Shown here: one piece after another, positions 58,196 through 64,000 of the stretch
How positions within the stretch are numbered: the stretch's first letter is position 1
Layout of the letters: every line of letters starts with the position of its first letter
Source of the DNA: an uncultured Verrucomicrobiae bacterium
GTDB lineage: Bacteria; Verrucomicrobiota; Verrucomicrobiia; Limisphaerales; JAFGQR01
NCBI GenBank assembly: GCA_963788655.1
Contig: CAWBHS010000072.1
Coordinates: forward strand, 352,001 to 416,000
Length of the DNA stretch: 64,000 bases
Direction: 5' to 3'
Notes under the pieces: model-generated
Seen by the model: the letters and a program-made list of their open reading frames with translations, nothing else
Told to the model about the DNA's origin: nothing
Database searches by the model: none
Position numbers and translations under genes: made by a program

Positions 58196-58516
58196 CTAAC
58201 GCCCCGATGACGCTTGCTTGCATTCGTCCGGTCGAATGCCAAACAACACGCAGCCCAAGCCCAGCGTTCCGGTCAAAACGCCCAAGCCCAATGCGCATTT
58301 GCTGGTGAGCGGCCTTTCGGTCTCGCCCTGCACTCCGGGAAGGCCCTCGAGCATGATCGCCCGGTTCTGCACCTCGCGAGCGTTGGCCTCGTCACTTTGG
58401 TAGGCAACGAAAAAGCAGGCAGCCCCGAGCAACAGCAAGCCGTAGCCAATGCGTCGCAACCGGCGCCGCTGGGCCGGAGTGGCAAGGGAGAATTTCCATG
58501 CGTTCATAAGCGCCAT
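58196..58516 (-). CDS. Small two-TM membrane protein
   Basis: Basic N-terminus (QRRRLRR), then two hydrophobic segments (IGYGLLLLGAACFFVAY; ALGLGVLTGTLGLGCVLFGI). Confidence 0.55.
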   Translation of the reverse strand: MALMNAWKFSLATPAQRRRLRRIGYGLLLLGAACFFVAYQSDEANAREVQNRAIMLEGLPGVQGETERPLTSKCALGLGVLTGTLGLGCVLFGIRPDECKQASSGR

Positions 58517-58606
58517 AGAAACACGCGCCCGGGCGACTGCAAGATTAAAGAAGCCGCAGTGACTTGCAACCCGGCCAAATGGGGTGAAGATGGCGTGGTG
58601 AACGGC

Positions 58607-59935
58607 ATGAAGTTGCGCAGATGTTTTCTCTGGGGTGAGCTGGTTGGGGTGCTAACGTTATGTGTTGGTGCCGCCATTGCCACGGGAAGCGCGCCCGCCT
58701 CGGGCGCAATCGTTGGCACCTCGCCAACCAGTTCCAATGTGGATTCCCCCTTAACTCCTAGCCGGGACGATCGCGCCACGACCAACCAACCCGCCGGCCC
58801 GGCCAAAACCTCACCGGTTAATGCCAATGCCGTTTTCGAAAAGGCGCGCCCGGCCGTGGTGGTGTTGCGGCCGGTTAATGCGCGCGGGCAGGGGAACACG
58901 AAAGGCACCGGTTTTCTGATCAGCGCCGACGGCTTGCTGGTAACGGCCCGCCACGTTTCGGAATCGGGTTCCGAGATGTTTGCCGTCACGTCCGATGCCC
59001 GAAAACTCGACGTGACCGGTTTTGTCGGTGAAGACACCGATCATGATGTGGTGGTCTTGAAGGTCGAAGGAACCAATCTGCCATTCCTGCCGTTGGCCGC
59101 TTATGATCTGCCGCGGACTAATGAGTGGGTTAGCCTGGTCGGCAATCCCGGCGGCGGCGGGTTGGCGTTTCCCACCGGGACGGTGGTGGGCGTGGCCGGC
59201 ATTCCGGGGGTGCTGGAGGACGTGTTGACGACGATCCCGGTGCGCCACGGTCACAGCGGTTCACCCATGTTGAATCTGCGCGGGGAAGTGGTCGGGGTTG
59301 CGGTCGCCGCCATGGCCAATTATGACGGCGTCGCCATTCCGGTGAAAGTCATCAAGCGAATTCTGGCACGGGCTGGCACCAATGCTCCGGTGCCCTTCAC
59401 GAAACGCCCCCGCAAAGGTCGCCTTACCCCGGTCGGTTTGGATCCGGATTTCCGCCTGGCCCGCGAAGCCATGGGCCACCAGAACTGGGCCGAGGCCGTG
59501 AAGCGATTGCAGCAAGTGATTCGACGCTACCCGGAAAGTGCAGCGGCCGACTTGTTCCTGGGTTACAGCTATACCCAGCAACAAGACTGGGCCAATGCGC
59601 TTGCGACGTTCAAACGCGCGGTGCAACTCCGCAATGACAGCGCAGTGCTTTGGTTCTTTTACGGCACGGTGCTCGTGACGAAAGGGCTGGCGGCCGACGG
59701 TGTCGAAGCGTTGAAGAAATCCATCGCGCTCCACCTCGACGACCCGTCCCGGCTGATCGCCGCCTGGTCCACCCTGGCAACGGTGGCGGCCAAAGAAAAC
59801 AAGGAAACGGAAGCGCGCGATGCCTTGGAGCAGTTGCGTCGCCTGGATGCAACCCGAGCGGCGGAATTAAAGATTCAACTCTGGCGGTTCTGCCCCAAAC
59901 TGATGCTGCCAGTGGAAGATAGGACAGGAAAATAG
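58607..59935 (+). CDS. Trypsin-like (S1C) serine protease with C-terminal TPR repeats
   Basis: GTGFLI..DG..VTARHV, HDVVVLKV, GHSGSPMLN.RGEVVGV. TPR helices follow. N-terminal signal/TM segment. Confidence 0.88.
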   Translation: MKLRRCFLWGELVGVLTLCVGAAIATGSAPASGAIVGTSPTSSNVDSPLTPSRDDRATTNQPAGPAKTSPVNANAVFEKARPAVVVLRPVNARGQGNTKGTGFLISADGLLVTARHVSESGSEMFAVTSDARKLDVTGFVGEDTDHDVVVLKVEGTNLPFLPLAAYDLPRTNEWVSLVGNPGGGGLAFPTGTVVGVAGIPGVLEDVLTTIPVRHGHSGSPMLNLRGEVVGVAVAAMANYDGVAIPVKVIKRILARAGTNAPVPFTKRPRKGRLTPVGLDPDFRLAREAMGHQNWAEAVKRLQQVIRRYPESAAADLFLGYSYTQQQDWANALATFKRAVQLRNDSAVLWFFYGTVLVTKGLAADGVEALKKSIALHLDDPSRLIAAWSTLATVAAKENKETEARDALEQLRRLDATRAAELKIQLWRFCPKLMLPVEDRTGK

Positions 59936-59986
59936 AGTCTCGGTAAGCTGCGTTAGAGTATTCCTTCCACGTTGTCCGTCACACTT

Positions 59987-60190
59987 GAAAGCGCCGGCAA
60001 GCCGAGCGTAATCCAAACGTTGGCGCGACTTTCGGGCTGGCCTCCCGGATTTCGCGCAGCGTTTGGAGTGGCGCGGAGCTTGCTCCCGCTTTCGCTTGAG
60101 CGGGGCGTGCAAAGCTTCGCCTACGTCACGAGCTGCCAACGCCCAGCCGACGGCAATTCGGCGAAACAGCGGAATGAAAATCTGCGCCAC
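59987..60190. repeat. REP-like element, copy C (opposite arrangement) plus a further palindromic remnant
   Basis: 59987-60027 is an imperfect reverse complement of the 42-nt unit. 60058-60093 is the reverse complement of its partner. Confidence 0.75.
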
Positions 60191-60236
60191 GCACGAGCAT
60201 GGCCCAGCCCACCCTCTCACCAATATGCGTGTTGCC

Positions 60237-61607
60237 TCAAACTTCCTTCCACTCGCCCGGAATCGGAACCGGAAAGCGTCCGTTGGCATCGGGTTTGACG
60301 GGGACGGGGCTGTTCTCGTTCATCGTGTCGAGATAGTCGCAGAACTGGAACCGCGACGCCATCATGTCGTCCCAGGTGACCGTCTGGCCGGGATGGCAGG
60401 CGGCGCGGCCCATGAGCGCGGTGAGATCCGAATAGACGGCCCGTTTGAGCTTCGTTGTGCGGCCGATCGTTGCGGATGCTGTGCGATGAAGTCGTTCCAC
60501 TCGTACTGCCACGGACTGTAGGCGTCGTTGGTGGGCGTCCAGGCGATGTTGTCGCGTTGCGATGCGTTGGTCCTTGAACATGTGGACGGTGGCGGCGTGG
60601 ATGTTGCCGGAGAACTGGGCGGCGCATTTGGTCCCGTGAATGTACGTGGCGAAATCGCTGCGCGTCTTCTTCATGCGCCGGAATCCGCAGAAGGCCTTGG
60701 TGCCGTCGGCGAAGGTGTATTCCATCGAATACACGTCGATGTTCTGGCCGCAGTCGTCGCTGTTGGGAGCGCGTCCGCCCATGCCATGGCATTCGACCGG
60801 CCAGGCGTCCTTGATCCAGCAGCACTCATCGATCTGGTGGATGAGGTTGTCGACCATGTGGCCCGAGCCGACCCAGAACAAATGGATCCGGCCGAACTGG
60901 AGCTGGCTGAGAAGTTCGGTGGCCTTGTCGCCTTGCGGTCGGAGCCAATCGGCGCCGCCCAGGCGGTTGGCGCGGATCAGCGTGATGTCGCCCAGCTCGC
61001 CGTTGCGGATTTTTTCGATCAGCGCCTGGCGCGCCGGCGAATGGCGGCATTGCAGACCGGCGGCGATTTTGACGTTCTTCTTTTCCGCCTCATCGACCGG
61101 CCGCAGCAATCGGTGCAACCCACCCGGATCGGGCGCAAAAGGCTTTTCCATGAAGACGTTGATCCCCTTCCGGATGGCGTATTCGACATGCACGGGCCGG
61201 ATGTAGGCCCGGGTGGTGCACATGGCGACGTCGCCGGGACGGAGGGTGTCGATCGGCTGTGCTTGTAGGCGTCGAAGCCCAGGAACTTGCGATCTGGCCG
61301 AAACGTCCACCTTGTCGGGGAACTTATCCTGAAGCGTCCGGTGCGCCGCTTCGATTTTGTTATCGAGCAGATCGGCCATCGTGTAGAGCTTGACCGGTCC
61401 GGCTGCCGGCACCGAAAGGGCGTTGGCGATGGCCCCGGTGCCCCGCCCGCCGCAGCCGATGAGCGCGAGGCGAATGGTGTTGTCTTCTGCGGCAAATACA
61501 CCATGGGGTGCGGCGGCGGCAAGCACGCCGGCGCCCAGGGCAAAGGAACCGCTTTGTTTAAGGAATTGCCGTCGGTTGAGTTTGGAATTGTTGTTGGATT
61601 TTGTCAT
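60237..61607 (-). CDS. Tat-exported Gfo/Idh/MocA family oxidoreductase (compensating frameshifts)
   Basis: LNRRQFLK, LIGCGGRGTGA, VFMEKP, HQIDECCW. Two segments read in other frames (DRKFLGFDAYK near 61260-61300; NIAWTPTNDAYSPWQYEWNDF and IRNDRPHNE near 60450-60560). Confidence 0.88.
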   Translation of the reverse strand: MTKSNNNSKLNRRQFLKQSGSFALGAGVLAAAAPHGVFAAEDNTIRLALIGCGGRGTGAIANALSVPAAGPVKLYTMADLLDNKIEAAHRTLQDKFPDKVDVSARSQVPGLRRLQAQPIDTLRPGDVAMCTTRAYIRPVHVEYAIRKGINVFMEKPFAPDPGGLHRLLRPVDEAEKKNVKIAAGLQCRHSPARQALIEKIRNGELGDITLIRANRLGGADWLRPQGDKATELLSQLQFGRIHLFWVGSGHMVDNLIHQIDECCWIKDAWPVECHGMGGRAPNSDDCGQNIDVYSMEYTFADGTKAFCGFRRMKKTRSDFATYIHGTKCAAQFSGNIHAATVHMFKDQRIATRQHRLDAHQRRLQSVAVRVERLHRTASATIGRTTKLKRAVYSDLTALMGRAACHPGQTVTWDDMMASRFQFCDYLDTMNENSPVPVKPDANGRFPVPIPGEWKEV

Positions 61608-61966
61608 GAGTTCTTCTTTGGTTGGGATGGTAACTGAGGGTTCAGGTTTGTCTCCGGCAATTGGTCTTGGCAGCAGGGATGCCCCCATCGCCCGGTTGGT
61701 TGGGGATGGCACCGATTCTTGATGTGCAGCGATCAATGAAGACTTCCGGTTCCATCGGGTTCATGGAGCAGCAGTGTAGGCGAGGGCTCTCGGGTCGCAA
61801 GCAGTTTCGTGCGACGGCGATTACAACAGGAGCTACGGTTCATTAATCGCTTTGCTATTCCAATTCGAAGGCAGACTGGTAACTTCCCAAGAAGAATATG
61901 ACCGAGTTCAACTTTGATAGGCTCTGCCGCCGAGATCCCGGACGATAGACTCCGATTCCTGATGCG

Positions 61967-63338
61967 ATGAAAATCCACTCACAACTCTCAATTTGCACCG
62001 AACTGGCTCTCAGTGCCTGCTTGGTCGCCATCCCTGCACTGGCTGGTTCGGTAGCCCCCACACCTCAACCCACCCAAACCAATCGCCTGCAACTGGCGCG
62101 CCAGATTCTCGCGGATGAACGGATGGATCAAGTGGTCCGCATGGGGCAGGACTTGTTGAAATCCGGTTTGAATGCCGGCAGTGGTTACGCCGAGGTGTGG
62201 ATTCGTGATCTCAACACCTTCCTTGTGCCCGTGCTCGAAGTGACGCCGCCGGCCACCATTCGTCAGGCCTTGTTGGTCTTTTTTCACTTTCAGGGTGAGG
62301 ACGGAAATATCGTGGATGGCTACGTGCCGGCCGACAAGGCGTTCGCTGACTACAAGTTTCGCACCAGCCCCACGCAGCCGCGCTTCAAGGCGCACAAAAA
62401 CACTGTCGAAACCGACCAGGAAAGCTCGCTGGTGCAGGCGGTGTGTCGTTACATACGCCAGACGCATGATCGGACCATTCTCGATGAAATGGTTCGTGGC
62501 CAAAAAGTCAGCGAACGGTTGGAGCGGGCGTTGCGCTATCCGTTGGAACATCGGTTCTCCCCAAAATATGGGTTGATCTGGGGCGCCACCACGGCAGATT
62601 GGGGTGATGTGCAACCGGAACATCCGTGGGGCGTGGAACTCGACGATAACAGCCATCGCGCCATCGATATTTACGACAATGCCTTGCTGCTGGTGGCCAT
62701 CCAGGAGTTCCTGCAAACGGTCGCCCCCAAGGACTCCGACATTGCGCGGCACTGGCAGACGCAGCATCACCAATTGGCCGCAGCGGTTCGCCGGCACCTC
62801 TGGGATGCGCGCGCGCAAAAGTTCATTCCGCACTTGTACCTTGATGGGTCTCCGTTCCCCAAAGAATTTCAATGAAAGCCAGGTGTACTATCATGGCGGA
62901 ACGGCGGTCGCCATCGAGGCGGGCCTGTTAACACCTAACGAAATCTTGACCGCTTATGGGCAGATGTTGGCCGATCTGCGGCTGTCGGGGGCGGCCACTG
63001 TGGGCCTGACGCTTTATCCGCCGTATCCGCAAGGCTCGTTCAAGAATCCATCGATGGGACCGTATTCTTACCAGAATGGGGGCGATTGGACCTGGTTCGG
63101 TGCGCGTGTGGTGCGGCAACTGGCGCGGGCGGGGTTTGCTGAGGAAGCGTATCGCGAACTTATCCCGATGCTGGAGCGCGTCATTCGCCATCAGGGATTT
63201 CATGAATGGTGGTCCGTGGACAATCAACCTAAAGGCTCCGGTAAATTCCGCGGTTCCGCCGGGGTGTTGATCGAGGCCGTTAACGAGTTGCACGCGTGGG
63301 CCAGGGCGCAGTTGCAGAACCCGCCCCCGTCGCGATGA
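61967..63338 (+). CDS. Secreted six-hairpin (alpha/alpha)6 glycoside hydrolase-like protein, one frameshift near 62863
   Basis: Signal peptide. Y.EVWIRD, ETDQE, TADWGD, DIYDNA in ORF 61967-62875, continuing to YQNGGDWTWFG and GFHEWW in ORF 62604-63338. Confidence 0.75.
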
Positions 63339-63406
63339 ATTGATAGCGGCATCGTTGAAGACGAGCGCCTTCGATCATCTTCGTTCGACCGGAGTCTTCG
63401 AAAGCG

Positions 63407-63694
63407 TCAGCGAAGTTTCTGGTTCGGCTTCGTTCTTTCGGATTCCAATAGCACGGAAAGAAAGAAACACGGCACGAGAAAGAGAGCAACCGCGGCCGGA
63501 ACCATCCAATGCTGGGCGCCTTTTGCCGGGAAAAGCCAGGCCGTCGAAACGAGGAAATCCAATACCTGCAAAACCGGCCTGTTGAACTCCAGCCCCCACT
63601 TTTCAGAAGCCCAGACCGAAGGAATCCTCACGGCCGTCTCCAGTGCGAACATACCCAACCAAGCCAGCGGGATTCCCACCAGGGTTGACAACAC
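63407..63694 (-). pseudogene. Fragment of a membrane protein
   Basis: Hydrophobic helices STLVGIPLAWL...TAWLFP...WMVPAAVALFLVPCFFLSVLLE. No convincing start and an abrupt end. Confidence 0.4.
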
Positions 63695-63765
63695 GTTTTA
63701 GGGCGAGTGGAAGCTCAGTCGCGATTCTTCGTAAAATGCCGCGCTGTATTGCCGCCACTTCGCGC

Positions 63766-64000
63766 CTACGGCTCGACGAGCCGATAGAACCGCCGCGGAT
63801 GGTCGGACAATGGTTCGTTGAAGATCAAAGGTTGTCCTGCCACCCCATTCGTCAATACCGGCTCCCAATAAATCAGGTTGGTCGATGATTCCAGAACCAA
63901 CGCATCGTAGCCGGATAAGCCCTCCAGTTGCAGGTGGAATTCCCCGTTTTCAATACCGAAGGCAGTGGAGGAGAACCGCAACACTTCGCGCACCGTCAAC
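63766..64000 (-). CDS. C-terminal end of a secreted protein carrying the RFYR domain (gene begins beyond the window)
   Basis: FHLQLEG...LVLESSTNLIYWEPVLTN...LIFNEP...RRFYRLVEP*. Confidence 0.8.
   Translation of the reverse strand, partial: LTVREVLRFSSTAFGIENGEFHLQLEGLSGYDALVLESSTNLIYWEPVLTNGVAGQPLIFNEPLSDHPRRFYRLVEP

Noticed and set aside
48194..58606. Extended N-termini given by the ORF track for the S8 protease (48194), giant 3 (51325) and trypsin-TPR (58214)
   Set aside because: Signal peptides begin at the downstream ATGs (48440, 51475, 58607). The extensions cover intergenic DNA or an opposite-strand gene.
38310..60093. Repeat-spacer pattern as a CRISPR array
   Set aside because: The copies are dispersed, inverted and only pairwise, and there are no cas genes.
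14660..62870. Many frameshifts as programmed frameshifting, phase variation or pseudogenisation
   Set aside because: The ones I could resolve are mostly single extra bases (AGC TTT T GTG at 34527, AGC GG G C at 21035, CCC A AAG at 62863). They lack a shared slippery motif, cluster in patches (18900-19450, 60450-61300), hit unrelated genes, and come with no in-frame nonsense decay. Long-read consensus error is the simplest explanation. Read mapping would settle it.
783..62872. Long antisense and alternate-frame ORFs (e.g. 783-2387, 13003-14517, 39514-40608, 43450-44784, 61988-62872)
   Set aside because: They are shadows of well-supported genes in GC-rich DNA with no recognisable motifs.

Overview
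GC-rich bacterial chromosomal window whose gene content is typical of Verrucomicrobiota subdivision 3 (Pedosphaerales/Limisphaerales-like). This is inferred from the H-X9-DG pilin-like protein, the ECF sigma plus Ser/Thr kinase-WD40 pair, the LTD/CotH giants and the REP-like repeats. About 30 kb is taken up by three giant secreted genes with lamin-tail domains (LTD) and a CotH-type kinase (about 4800, 3080 and 2080 aa once rejoined). They are split in the ORF track by small frameshifts, mostly +1 insertions, that look like long-read errors. Also present: an AsmA-like gene; blaI with a tandem palindromic operator and a truncated blaR1-like M56 gene; a minus-strand cluster (ECF sigma, two small ORFs, a three-domain GT9 + fungal-type GT71 + GT-A glycosyltransferase, a kinase-WD40 protein, a GT2-like gene); a WYL-only protein; an MTH1187 protein; hflKC; two Tat-exported Gfo/Idh/MocA oxidoreductases; an ECF/anti-sigma pair; tRNA-Leu(TAG); a hemerythrin; an S8-Ig protease; a trypsin-TPR protein; and a glycoside hydrolase. 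The strongest candidates for undescribed biology are (1) a shared C-terminal 'W...D...RFYR' domain on at least seven exported proteins, a putative sorting signal; (2) strong Thr-Asn dipeptide enrichment in exported but not cytoplasmic proteins, a putative modification sequon; (3) the surface CotH-kinase giants with divergent active sites; and (4) the glycosyltransferase/peptide/kinase/ECF cluster. No CRISPR array, integrase, transposase or rRNA was seen. All family calls are by motif recognition, not database search.
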